The position numbers and the translations under genes are program-made. The notes beneath the pieces were generated by a model. It saw nothing but the letters and a program-made list of their open reading frames with translations. It searched no databases and was not told where the DNA came from. This document shows, one piece after another, positions 32,806 through 46,855 of a stretch of 64,000 nt of DNA. Location of the stretch: the NCBI GenBank assembly GCA_964016885.1, contig OZ024765.1:20584001-20648000 (forward strand), given 5' to 3'. Within the stretch, counting starts at the first letter, position 1. The number at the start of each line of letters is the position of its first letter. Origin of the DNA: Eledone cirrhosa. Taxonomy: Eukaryota.

Positions 32806-32817
32806 TTATTATTATTT

Positions 32818-32998
32818 GGATTGGCATTATCGATAGAGGGTCGGACACCATGCTTTGCAGCATAGAGTTACGGCTCTTTACATTCTGAGTTCAAATCCCG
32901 CCGAGGTTAACTCTGCCTTTCACCCTTACGGGGGTCGAATTAATCAACTTTCCCCTCCCCCAAAATTGATGGCCGTGTCCCTATATAAGAAACAATTA
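32818..32998 (+). mobile_element. SINE family A (diverged)
   Basis: Similar to 52292-52483. Confidence 0.78.
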
Positions 32999-34637
32999 TT
33001 ATTGTTGTTGTTATTGTTGTTGTTATTGTTATTGTTATTGTTGTTGTTATTGTTGTTGTTATTGTTATTGTTGTTGTTATTGTTATTGTTGTTATTGTTA
33101 TTGTTGTTGTTATTGTTATTGTTGTTGTTATTGTTATTGTTGTTGTTGTTATTGTTATTGTTGTTGTTATTGTTATTGTTATTGTTGTTGTTATTGTTAT
33201 TGTTGCTGTTATTGTTATTGTTGTTGTTATTGTTATTGTTGTTGTTATTGTTATTGTTGTTGTTATTGTTATTGTTGTTGTTATTGTTATTGTTGTTGTT
33301 ATTGTTATTGTTGCTGTTATTGTTATTGTTGTTGTTATTGTTGTTGTTATTGTTGTTGTTGCTGTTATTGTTATTGTTGTTGTTATTGTTGTTGTTATTG
33401 TTGTTGTTATTGTTATTGTTGTTGTTATTGTTATTGTTGTTGTTATTGTTATTGTTGTTATTGTTATTGTTGTTGTTATTGTTATTGTTGTTGTTATTGT
33501 TGTTGTTGTTGTTATTGTTGCTGTTATTGTTATTGTTGTTGTTATTGTTATTGTTGTTGTTATTGTTATTGTTGTTGTTATTGTTATTGTTGTTGTTATT
33601 GTTATTGTTGCTGTTATTGTTATTGTTGTTGTTATTGTTATTGTTGTTGTTATTGTTATTGTTGTTGTTATTGTTGTTGTTGTTGTTATTGTTGTTGTTG
33701 CTGTTATTGTTATTGTTGTTGTTATTGTTATTGTTGTTGTTATTGTTGTTGTTATTGTTATTGTTGTTATTGTTATTGTTGTTGTTGTTATTGTTGTTGT
33801 TGCTGTTATTGTTATTGTTGCTGTTATTGTTGTTGTTATTGTTATTGTTGTTGTTATTGTTGTTGTTATTGTTATTGTTGTTATTGTTATTGTTGTTGTT
33901 GTTATTGTTGTTGTTGCTGTTATTGTTATTGTTGCTGTTATTGTTGTTGTTATTGTTATTGTTGTTGTTATTGTTATTGTTGTTGTTATTGTTATTGTTG
34001 TTATTGTTGTTGTTATTGTTGTTGTTATTGTTATTGTTGCTGTTATTGTTATTGTTGTTGTTATTGTTATTGTTGTTGTTATTGTTATTGTTATTGTTGT
34101 TGTTGTTGTTATTGTTGTTGTTATTGTTATTGTTGTTATTGTTGTTGTTATTGTTATTGTTGTTGTTGTTGTTATTGTTGTTGTTATTGTTATTGTTGTT
34201 ATTGTTATTGTTGTTGTTATTGTTATTGTTGTTGTTATTGTTATTGTTGTTGTTATTGTTATTGTTGTTATTGTTGTTGTTATTGTTATTGTTATTGTTG
34301 TTGTTGTTGTTATTGTTATTGTTATTGTTATTGTTGTTGTTGTTGTTATTGTTATTGTTGTTATTGTTATTGTTGTTGTTATTGTTATTGTTGTTGTTAT
34401 TGTTATTGTTGCTGTTATTGTTATTGTTGTTGTTATTGTTATTGTTGTTGTTATTGTTATTGTTGTTGTTATTGTTGTTGTTATTGTTGTTGTTATTGTT
34501 GTTGTTATTGTTGTTGTTATTGTTGTTGTTATTGTTATTGTTGTTGTTGTTGTTATTGTTGTTGTTGTTGTTGTTGTTATTGTTGTTGTTATTGTTGTTG
34601 TTGTTGTTATTGTTGTTGTTGTTGTTATTGTTGTTGT
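32996..34637. repeat. ~1.64-kb (TTG/TTA)n trinucleotide tract
   Basis: Direct reading; produces the spurious poly-L and poly-N ORFs. Confidence 0.97.
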
Positions 34638-34649
34638 ATGTCATTGCAG

Positions 34650-34939
34650 GCCTCCACCACACCGGCATCTACATGAACCCTACTCTAGCTTCAGTAATGA
34701 CGTTCGGCTGCAAAGGTACCACCCCGGGCCAGCATGTCATTGTTTATTGGTTGGCACCGATACTGGGCTCTATCCTCGGTGTGAAAATCTTCCAGTATCA
34801 CCAGAAGATACTAGTGGCGCCACCTACTGGAGATGTGACGTCTTACCCGGAAACGCCGAGAAGCGATAATGGAGATAACAAACTGAGACGATTACAGAGA
34901 CGGAAGGTTAAAGGAAGGACCAGCTCAAAGAGGAGATAA
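34650..34939 (+). CDS. AQP11/12: Unorthodox aquaporin, coding exon 2
   Basis: Acceptor ttgcag| ending 34649, phase-compatible with exon 1; [17 protein letters not shown] (Cys +9 after the second NPA box), YWLAP. Confidence 0.88.
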
Positions 34940-34962
34940 CTGCGCCTTCCTTTACGCATACA

Positions 34963-35028
<66 letters not shown>

Positions 35029-35153
35029 TATACACATATATATATACACATATATATATATGTACATATATATACACATATATATATACATATATATACA
35101 CATATATATACACATATATATATACATATATACACACATATATATATATGTAC

Positions 35154-35188
<35 letters not shown>

Positions 35189-35696
35189 TATATATATATA
35201 TATATGTACATATATATACACACATATATATATGTGTACATATATATATATATGTGTACATATATATATATGTGTACATATATATATATGTATGTGTACA
35301 TATATATATGTGTACATATATATATGTATATATATATATATGTATATATATATATGTGTACATATATATATGTATATATATATATGTACATATATATACA
35401 TATATATATATATGTATATATATATATACAGATTATATACATAAATGAAAGGTATAGAAAACATTGTCGCAAGAAGCCAACAGTATTCCATAATATATAA
35501 GTGACTATAACGTCAAAATGGGAAAAATAGTTAACGTAAGATGTGGGAAAAATAATTCAAACTCAACTCAAAGAGAATCAGGATATAGCTTCATCCAACA
35601 GAATTTAGTGAAATCCATGGAAAAATCAATAGAGCCTTAACTCATGATAAAATAAAGTTTAAAATACTCATACTTCAATTTTGAAAAACTTCAAAT

Positions 35697-35776
35697 GCTC
35701 TGTATAGTCTTGAAGACTATTTCACGAAAACTTTCAGTGGAGATGGTCATGGTTGGAATTCGATCCTCAGCAGAGC
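35697..35776 (-). ncRNA. Type I hammerhead within a 652-bp non-coding element (35441-36092)
   Basis: Minus strand: gctctg-CTGAGGA-tcgaa[30 nt]ttcgt-GAAA-tagtct tca agacta-TA-cagagc. Confidence 0.85.
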
Positions 35777-36150
35777 TCAACTCGATAACCAAGATTCTCA
35801 CAGATTAATATGCCAAAAAGGGAATTTAAAACAGGCTAGTTCACCATCATGTGTGATTATGAAAATAAAACGCACATGTGGAAAGACAGGGCTGGTGACA
35901 TCAGAATGAGACGAATGTTTGTTTACAAGAAACAACAGTCAAAAAACATTCCGAAAAAACTCTACAATAAGGAGTTCAGCAAAAAGCAATATTATCGCGG
36001 TTTTTTATAAAAAAATACCGGGATTAGTCACAAATAATTTAAGCACTCTAGGAAAGAAATCCGAGTATAAATATATAAATGAAAGGTATAGATATACATA
36101 TATATATGTATATATATATATATGTATATATACATATATATATATATACA

Positions 36151-36186
<36 letters not shown>

Positions 36187-36394
36187 CATATACATACATA
36201 TATATACATACATATACATACATATATATATATATACATACATATATATATACATACATATATACATACATATACATACATATATATATACATACATACA
36301 TACATATATATATATATATACATACATATATATATATACATAATATATATATACATACATATATATATACATACATATATATATACATACATAC

Positions 36395-36815
36395 ATAACC
36401 GGCCTGATATTGTAGTTTGGGACCACACATTGAAAACGTGTTCTGTTGTGGAGATCAGCTGCCCACTTGATGTAAACGTTGTCAGAAAAATACAGGAGAA
36501 GGAGGACATCTACGGACCATTGATGAGGAGTTTACAAATCCAGTATCCAAGATACACTTTTAGCTTCATACCCATCATTATTGGAGCTACGGGTTATATA
36601 CCAACCCGCTTGGACCAAAGTATGACTGAACTTGGATTTGCGGACAAAAAGCGCAGCTCCCTAATTCATAGTCTACAAATGGCTGCGATAGCTGGCACCT
36701 TCAACATTTGCAAAACATTCTTGCGATTCAAGGGATGACAATTTCTTTTCTTTTACAACCTTGCCACCAGGAAGGTGGCCGGTCAAAAAAATATACTCGA
36801 AATTAAGAGAAAGAG
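36395..36815 (+). mobile_element. Restriction-like endonuclease 3' end of an R4/Dong-like non-LTR retrotransposon
   Basis: [34 protein letters not shown]; stop at 36738; embedded in (TA)/(TACA) repeats. Confidence 0.8.
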
Positions 36816-36894
36816 ATACATATATATACATACATTTATATATATACATATATATATGTATATATATATATATATGTATGTATATATATATATG

Positions 36895-36972
<78 letters not shown>

Positions 36973-37154
36973 TGTATGTATATATATATATGTATGTATA
37001 TATATATATGTATATATGTATGTATATATGTATATATATATATATGTATATATATATATGTGTATATATATATATGTATATATATATATGTATATATATA
37101 TATGTATGTATATACATATATGTATGTATATATATATATATGTATGTATATATG

Positions 37155-37205
<51 letters not shown>

Positions 37206-37206
37206 G

Positions 37207-37258
<52 letters not shown>

Positions 37259-37875
37259 TATCATAAAACATGCCTATAGAATCACCAGATAAAATATATA
37301 CCGTTTCCTCTCCCAATTAGCATAATTAACCATATAAAAAATCAATTAGACCAAGCTATAAGAATAAAGGCTCCTATGAAGAAATCTCCGACAAATAACT
37401 GAAAGCAGCCCCTTCGCGGTGGTTACGACGGAGTATTTATCGAGTATTTCGACAGCGTGTATAAATCGACCAGATATACAGTCAACTAAACAGAATTAGG
37501 TGTAAAATAAACTAGAAGAAAAGTGAACATATTTAGTTACCTCTACCATGGTTTCGTCCGCATTTTAAGATATCCGATAACATTGGAAATATACATATAT
37601 ATATATATATACATACATATATACATATATATATACATATATACATACATATATACATATATACATACATATATACATACATATATATATACATATATAC
37701 ATACATATATATATACATATATACATACATATATATATACATATATACATACATATATATATACATATATACATATATATATAAATATATACATATAAAC
37801 ATATATATACATATATATATACATATATATATATACATATATACATATATATATACATATATATATATATATTTT

Positions 37876-38630
37876 TTATTAAAATAACAGATTAAAGTTT
37901 AAGCAAAGAATCGCTGCTTTCACCCTTAACGGGATCTTCTGAAACTAACAAAGTCAATCTGTAAACGCAGAAGTGGATATTTCAAAAAACGTTGCAACCG
38001 GAGGAAGACAGGAAGACGATACTTTGGTTCGTGGAAACGTTCCCTTGCAAAGTACGGGAAACAATGAATATAATACGTCATTAATAGGAGCGGTGAAAAA
38101 CAATTACGCGCAAAGACAGAACCACGTTTATGGTATAAAATTGGTCGTAGACTAATGTTCTCTTAGGTGGTGCATAGAGACGTTCTCTGACAATGAACGA
38201 AAAAACGAAGATAATACGTCATATGTGGAGCGTGGAGAACAATAGCACGCAAAGACAAAACCACGTAAATGGTATAGCAGAAGTCGTAGACTAAATTCTA
38301 ACTAGGAGACCGAATGAATCTCCGCTTCAGAGTTAAGAACAAAGTAAATAAATACAATACAGAAGTAATAGAAATAAATAAATACATACACGCAAACAAA
38401 TACGTACATACACAAGCATACGCAAAACACTTACCATAGGTATACAAAACCACGCACATATAAATGTGTGTATGCGTGTGTACAAATAAATAAATAATTA
38501 AATAAACGTAAATAAATACGTATATAACAAGCGCACACACTTGCTCTACGGTTCTTATATATTTGGTATATATTTATCCTTATCGAGCCCTCTTTGGATT
38601 TTAGTCTTGAAATTTATTATTATTACTATA
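37876..38630 (-). mobile_element. Longest copy of the CAGAAGA-HHR element family
   Basis: Matches 10770-11170, with internal ~125-bp sub-repeats. Confidence 0.75.
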
Positions 38631-38729
38631 CATATATAGATATATAGATATATACATATATACATATATATATACATACATATATATATATACATATATA
38701 TACATATATATATATATATACATATATAC

Positions 38730-38804
<75 letters not shown>

Positions 38805-38899
38805 CATATATACATATATATACATATATACATATATATATATACATATATATATACATATATACATATATATATATATACATATATATATATACATAC

Positions 38900-38968
<69 letters not shown>

Positions 38969-39037
38969 CATATATATATACATATATATATATATACATA
39001 TATATATACATATATATATATATACATATATATATAC

Positions 39038-39074
<37 letters not shown>

Positions 39075-39458
39075 CATATATATATACATAGATATATACA
39101 TATATATATATACATATATATATATATACATAGATATATACATATATATATATATACATACATATATACATATACATACATATATATATATATACATACA
39201 TATATACATACATATATACATATACATATATATATACATATATATATATACATATATATATATGTACATATATATATATACATATATATATATATGTACA
39301 TATATATATATATATGTACATATACATATATATGTACATATATATACATATACATATACATATATATATACATATATATACATATATATATATGTACATA
39401 CATATATATACATATATATATATGTACATACATATATATATATACATATATATATATG

Positions 39459-39496
<38 letters not shown>

Positions 39497-39714
39497 TCTC
39501 ACATAACATTTACATTACTCTATACATACTATTATATTTTCAAGGTAAATGCTTTACCTCACATATTTATCACACATAATATCGAATCTACGAGATTTCG
39601 ATCTTATTTATTTTGAGAACAATACCTTACCATCAGTATGAGCAGCCAGTTATGGTTTGAACAGAAAGAGGGGAGAGATTTCTGGCCGGATACAGCCAGT
39701 TTAGATGCTAATGG

Positions 39715-40582
39715 ATTAAAGCTCTGATATCTGGCAACTGACTTCGTAGACACCCACAAAATTATTAACCATCTTGCCAACAACAACCCTGAGCACCTTT
39801 TTGAATTCCATGTGTCTAACACGTGTGGACATGCCTACAAAGTCAGAAAACAGCACAGCTCCCATGATTTTCCGAACCATTTCTTCACACTCAGAGTTGC
39901 TGAAGCATGGAACAAACTCCCTGCATCAGTTGTTAGCTGTCGAGACACTGCATCCTTTAAAACCTCCATGGAACAAACTCCCTGCATCAGTTGTTAGCTG
40001 TCGAGACACTGCATCCTTTAAAACCTCCATGGAACAAACTACCTGCATCAGTTGTTAGCTGTCGAGACACTGCATCCTTTAAAACCTCCATGGAACAAAC
40101 TACCTGCATCAGTTGTTAGCTGTCGAGACACTGCATCCTTTAAAACCTCCATGGAACAAACTACCTGCATCAGTTGTTAGCTGTCGAGACACTGCATCCT
40201 TTAAAACCTCCATGGAACAAACTCCCTGCATCAGTTGTTAGCTGTCGAGAAACTGCATCCTTTAAAACCTCCATGGAACAAACTGCCTGCATCAGTTGTT
40301 AGCTGTCGAGACACTGCATCCTTTAAAACCTCCATGGAACAAACTACCTGCATCAGTTGTTAGCTGTCGAGACACTGCATCCTTTAAAACCTCCATGCTT
40401 CCTGAGATTCACCAACACTACACCTGATATTCCCCTCCATACACACACTCACATGTATATCATGACTCATACACTGTTCACTTTCCTGACATTTGTACAT
40501 TATTCTATGTACTATACATGCACATTTGATGAGTTGTAGTGCACCTGAGCACTGTACACAATAATTTTTATTATTATTATTA
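39715..40582 (+). mobile_element. CR1-like LINE 3' end
   Basis: GHAYKV..HFFTLRVAEAWNKLPASVV..SFK; (ATT)n tail; 3'UTR repeated at 52148-52285. Confidence 0.8.
39906..40397. repeat. 61-bp tandem repeat x8 inside the CR1-like ORF end
   Basis: catggaacaaact(c/a)cctgcatcag...tttaaaacctc, period 61. Confidence 0.95.
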
Positions 40583-40878
40583 ATTTTTAAATTTTATATG
40601 TAAGGTTGTATTATGAAGGAGGTCTGGCTGGTATTTCTAGCAGGGTATGTTCAATAAGAGGTTTATGTATGTACCCCTGCCTGTCATAGTAAGTGGGGAC
40701 TTGCATAAGGGGTGAGTTAGGAAGAGAGCAAGTATACCCGCCCCTCCCCGTATATAACAAGGATTGGGCCTTAAAACTCTTGATGTTGCTCAGACCCCCC
40801 CCCCCCCACCTCCTGGTTAGCCCTGATACTGTGGACCAATATTGAAAGGTATTCTATTCTAGTCATCCATCCCCATGT

Positions 40879-41048
40879 GAAGGCACATGGCTTAGTGGTT
40901 AGAGCATTGGGCTTGCAATCGAAAGGTTGTGAGTTCAATTCTCAGACCGGGTGATGTGTTGTTTCCTTGAGCAAGGCACTTTATTTCACATTTCTCCAGT
41001 TTACTCAGCTGTAGAAATGAGATGATAGGGACTGGGGTCCCTATCATT
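40879..41048 (+). mobile_element. SINE family B (3' truncated)
   Basis: Same head and core as 8020. Confidence 0.85.
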
Positions 41049-41454
41049 AAATCCCCCAAGAGACCTCCGAGATATAGCTTGGAGGAGGCCAGCTAAACCT
41101 GCAGAGGTGTGAGCTGTCACACACACACATCCTCACCCCCACCCAGTAGGGCCAACAGCTGATGGGGGGGGGGCGAATTCCCCCATCTACCCCACTTTAA
41201 ATCTGGCCCTGGTCCTTAGTCATCCCTGATTGAAAGATATTCTAGTCATCCCACCCTTCTCCCCCTGGAAGTGTCATGGGGACCAAGTCCTCCACCTTCC
41301 AGAGGGTCCTGTCACAAGCAACCCTCTCCAATTGATCCAGCAACATCCCTCCCAAACGAGACCAAATGAAGCTTGTGGATCTTATTAGACTATATCTGCT
41401 TTGATGTAAAGGTGTTGATCTTAGCGACTGCTTCTCGATGACTCATCTATGGCC

Positions 41455-42750
41455 ACCCACAGTTGCCCCTCAACTTTAAATGTAGGCATGAAACCGCCTT
41501 CCTTAACAATGTTTGCTCCAAACGATGTCATCTGAAAGGTGCTGTTGTATTTCCGGATATTTTCAAGGAAGTGCTTAGACTCCGCTGTTTCACCTGCCCG
41601 ATACATCTTCAATAGCTGCGGTGGATCAAGGAGGAAAGGTAATGGTTCACCTGGCCACTTTATGGCAGTGCAGTAGGTGCAAATGGTGGACATATCGCCA
41701 ATGATCACATCAGCATGGGTGCCATAATTGAAGGTTGGGCTACATTCAAACACCTTAAGTAGCCATCGCGAACTGGAAGGCCTTGAAAGAGTCATTTCTG
41801 GAAAGGCTTCTTTGAAGATTACTCTGCAACCGATCACGCTTTTCGGATGATGTCTCCGTAGCCCGTGCAGTGGCCGTCGACATTGCGTTTCTTCTTTGTC
41901 TGCGAACGCGCTGACCCTCATTTTCAGGAGCTCGTGCACTGGCCTTCGACACAGCGTCTCGTCTGTCTGCGGACGTACCGATCCTCCGTTTCAGCAGCGC
42001 GTGCAGCGGCTGTAGACATTGCGTTTCTAGTTCGTCTTATTTCAGCATTTTGTAGTGGCTCACTTGCTCGTCTATTTGTCATACTTCTGCCTCGTCGCAC
42101 CGTTTTCCGACCGATTTTGTTACTCTTCTTCGGAGGCATTATCTAAGTTCAAATCTCGCCGAGGTTAACTTTGCCTTTCATCCTTACGGGGTCGATAAAA
42201 TAAAGTACCAGTAATGCACTGGATAATTGCTGGCCTTGTGCCAATAGTAGAAACAATTATCTAAAGAGTAGTTGAAGCACATCTGGAATAGCCCCCATGA
42301 AAGAGATTAATGCAGAGAACTGTATAGCCGGATTGTACAAAGTAACCATTTATCGCAGACTTAAAAAGTTTAAGAATTATCGTTGACACCCTGTTGTGAA
42401 CTGGGATAAATGGAGTCCAAGTAGGAATAAAACCTGGTTAGAAATTCATGAGCTGGCGAGTTTAACCGATTAGAGTAACTATCAACGGGAAATAATTCCT
42501 TCTGTCCTGCTTCTTAGGTATCAAGATTTACTTCCCTTTAATTTGTTTTAACTAAGATTTTGTGTATTTGGTTGACATATTTTTGAATATTTAATGACCC
42601 CGGAATAAAAAAAACGAATCGCTGATATATAGAAAACACTCCCCGATGACTAATCTATGAGCCTATAAAGTTTCATGAAAATCGATCGTAAGATGTAGGC
42701 CCCTATAGGTAATACACAGACACACACACACATACTTAATTTTATATATA
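41455..42750 (-). mobile_element. Helitron 5' portion (Rep/Hel N-terminus, frameshifted), with SINE A fragment at 42146-42260
   Basis: CTYCTAIKWPGE..SKHFLENIRKYNSTFQMTSFGA..GFMPTFKVEGQ; basic N-terminus MPPKKSNKIGR; terminal tatataaaa..(tg)n segment. Confidence 0.82.
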
Positions 42751-43471
42751 TATACATATATTTATGTATATATATACATACATATTTGTATATACAAATA
42801 TATACACACATGTATATATATACATATTTGTATATACAAATATATACACACAAATATAATATACAAATATATACACACAAATATATACACACATGTATAT
42901 ATATACATACATATTTGTATATACAAATATATACACACAAATATATATGTATATATATATACACATATTTATGAGTATATATATACACATATTTATGAGT
43001 ATATATATACACACATTTATGTGTGTATGTACACATATATTTATGTCTGTATATAGACACATATTTATGTGTGTGTATATAGACAAATATATTTGTGTGT
43101 TTATACACATATTTATGTAGGTATATATATATATACACACACATGTATGTATGTGTGTGTATATATAGACACGTGTGTATATATACACATATATTTGTGT
43201 ATATATATATATACATATTTATGTGAATATATATACACATATTTATGTGAGTATATATATATATATATATATATATATGCATATGTACATATACACACAT
43301 ATATACTCAGACATACCAAATATACCATATATATATATATATGGTATGTATGCGTATATATGTGTATGTATATGTACATATGCATATATATATATACACG
43401 CACTCATACATATATATATATATATATACACATACACACATACATATATATATATACACATACACACATAC

Positions 43472-43506
<35 letters not shown>

Positions 43507-43796
43507 CACATACATACACACATATATATATACATACATACACACATATATATATATACACATACACACATACATATATATATATACACACAGAAAGTGC
43601 CCGACTTAAGTATCAGTCTTACTACTTCAAGTGCCTCATTCCAGAAGATTCTAAATAGAGAAATCCCAAGATATTTCTAAAATGATATATAAAACTATTT
43701 CCTATGGAAGTTTAATAATTCTTCTTGAATAAAGGATTTACTTTTAATTCTTCACTGTTACATGTTTTGTATATTTACACAGTTTTATTTATTTAT

Positions 43797-44143
43797 GGAG
43801 GCACATGGTTTAGTGGTTAGAGCATTGGCCTTGCAATTGAAAGGTTGTGAGTTCAATTCTCAGACCGGGTGATGTGTTGTTTCCTTGAGCAAGACACTTT
43901 ATTTCACATTGCTCCAGTTTACTCAGCTGTAGAAATGAGATGATAGAGACTGAGGTCCCTATCATTCCACTGCAAAGTCGTCGTGGAGGTGCCACGGCAA
44001 AAAAGCACCCAGCACTCACTGTAAATGAGGTTGGTGTTAGGAAGGGCATCCAGCTGTAGAAATCAAGCCAGAATCAGTTCCCGTCCCACCCTTGCAAGCA
44101 GGGAAAAGCGGACGTAAAATGAAATGATGATGATGAAATGATG
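43797..44143 (+). mobile_element. Full-length SINE family B
   Basis: tRNA-like head, CORE-like middle, ggaagggcatcc RTE tail, (GAT)n. Confidence 0.9.
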
Positions 44144-44176
44144 ATATATACATATATATATATATTTTTTTATATA

Positions 44177-45410
44177 TAAATTTAAAGATAATGCCACCCA
44201 CACCCAGCGCATCAGCAAGGAATCTCACTTTATTAACAAATACGGACCCCGTCTAAACACTTCTCCCTAAGACGAACCCACAACATACACACATCAACAT
44301 ACATACCTACTTCAGCATACATCCTACATACATCTCTATCCACATATAAACACAATGACATACGTAAACACACATGTTCTATGGTGCAACACAAATATAC
44401 ACAAATTTGCATACCTTTTGATGTCTATAGATATAAACATGCCAACACACACACATACATATACGCACACATGCATTGCACACTGTTGGGCACATATTTG
44501 TACACAAGTATTCCAATACGGCAAGGCCTAATGGATTCCCCTTGCAGTACGTACAATCTGGACACTCACACACACCTTGGTATTATGCCATTACTATATA
44601 TCATTTCACACCTTTTATTATTAAGGTTTTTGATGTTCTATTGAGAGAATCGTTTTTACTGAAAATATTGAATAATGTACACCATTTTTACCAGTATCAC
44701 AAAAATACTGGTCCACCCACACACACACACACATATACATACGCGTACATTAACATACAAAGAGACATATACACACACACACACACTTCTCCGTATAAGA
44801 CAAGAGCTGAAAAATATCTTTTAACATGTTAAAATATCCCCCACACACTTACAGACACATTCCTACTGACCATCCCTCTACCACGAATTACTCTGCTACA
44901 CACACACACACTTGTCTTAATAGGCATTTGAACTGTCAACAGACTGCGGTTCGCACACACATCCCTGCTGACCATTATCACAACAACGAACCTCTTTACT
45001 ACTACTACTACACACACATACACACATATTTGTCTTGAAAGACTTATTTTTCAGTGACTTCTCAATCAACCGAGACAAACCTACATTTGGCGCAAAATCA
45101 ATTTTTAACATTCACATGACCTCTACTGACCAATCAAAATTGTTTTGACCACAAGAATGTTTTCATACATCTGGAGCCACTTTTTTTACATAAAACAGGT
45201 AGAATTTCAAAAACTAATCAGATCAGAGCAAACATCACGGGCGCTCTATCTCAAAATTATTTTTGAAAAGCATTAGAAATGCGCAACCGGTAAAACTTAA
45301 AACCAAAACTGAATACTAACCAATACTATTACTAATTTTTACTTATTCCTAATTAAACTATTTTTCACTGGGAACAATTTGTCAGCATTTTCTTTTCCTT
45401 TTATCAATAT
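44177..45410 (+). mobile_element. GIY-YIG PLE 3' end with longer, undeleted 3'UTR
   Basis: 44177-44390 matches 15818-16020; 45245-45410 matches 16030-16205; ~850 bp extra between them. Confidence 0.82.
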
Positions 45411-45569
45411 ATATATATATATAAATTTTGAGTATATGTTGGTTGTTTACCGACGCCTCACTATGCAGGTTGGAGCGCTCGACAAAGTGCACAGGTTTAC
45501 TTCGGAGTAATGTAAATCATATGATTCCAGTTCCTCGTAGGACTAACAACATACCGAGGAGCTGGACAT

Positions 45570-46855
45570 ATCACTGCAAAGTGGTCGTGGAGGTGCCATG
45601 GCAAAAAAAGCACCCAGCACTCACTGTAAATGAGGTTGGTGTTAGGAAGGGCATCCAGCTGTAGAAATCAAGCCAGAATCAGTTCCCGTATGAGCAAGGC
45701 AAGGTCAGCCGACTGGACAAAAAATTCAAGCATGTTTTGCAACGTGAGGACCAGAAACAGGAGGTGTTCAAGATTGCGAGGCAGTGTGTCAGAGAGAATT
45801 GTGATGTCATTGGAGAGAAGTGTATCCGGAATGATAAAGGTGAGCTTGCCCTCACCTTTATCATTCCGGATAAGTGCTGAGAAGAAAGATGCATGGAAGA
45901 GCCATTATGATAGATTGCTAAATGAGGAGAATGAATGGGAAGAAGAGACCCTACCCCAAGTAGACCCTATAGAGGGGCCAGCAGTACAAGTCAGCAGCAG
46001 CGTAGTAAGTAAGGCAATCAAAGATATGAAGATGGGGAAGGCAACCGGTCCATCGGGTATAGCTGCCGAGATGCTGAAGGCATCTTGGTCGGTAGGTCAT
46101 ACCACATACATATATATATATATATATACTCACATACATACATATATATCCAAACCCAAACTGCATCTCATCTAGTTTCACCTGGTCCCTAATCAACTGT
46201 GCTATAACTCTTTGTTACTTTCATGACCTGGTCCATCAGCTTTATACCTCTATAGTTTCCTCTATCTAGTGCATCACCTTTACCTTTGTAGCAGTTGACA
46301 ATGATGCTACTGCACCAATCTTTTGGTATGACACCTAGTATTACCTGGTTAACAATATGTGTGGTTATGCCTTCAGCATCTCGGCAGCTATACCCAATTG
46401 ACCGGTTGCCTTCCCCATCTTCATATCTTTGATTGCGTTACTTACTACGCTGCTGCTGACTTGTACTGCTGGCCCCTCTATAGGGTCTACTTGGGGTAGG
46501 GTCTCTTCTTCCCATGCATTCTCCTCATTTAGTAATCTATCATAATGACTCTTCCACGCATCTTTCTTCTCAGTACTTGTGAAGGCAAGCTCACCTTTAT
46601 CATTCCGGATACACTTCTCTCCAATGACATCACAATTCTCTCTGACACACTGCCTCGCAATCTTGAATACCTCCTGTTTCTGGTCCTCACGTTGCAAAAC
46701 ATGCTTGAATTTTCTATCCTCTGCTTCCCTCCTAGCTAAGTATACTTGTCGCCTAGCTTCCCTCCTGGTCTCTATGTAATGTACCCTGCTTCCCCCGTTC
46801 TTTCCATGCCTGTCTCTTGGCTTTAACTGCCTCATCTACCTTATTGTTCCACATC
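45570..46855. mobile_element. Rearranged RTE internal fragments in inverted orientation
   Basis: AWKSHYDRLLNEEN..MKMGKATGPSGIAAEMLKA on + (45630-46175) and - (46365-46835); YKGKGDAL..NYRGIKL on - near 46240-46290. Confidence 0.85.

Noticed and set aside
32855-34939. 694-aa poly-Leu ORF and 574-aa antisense poly-Asn ORF
   Set aside because: Read-through of the intronic (TTG/TTA)n tract; only 34650-34939 is coding, through splicing
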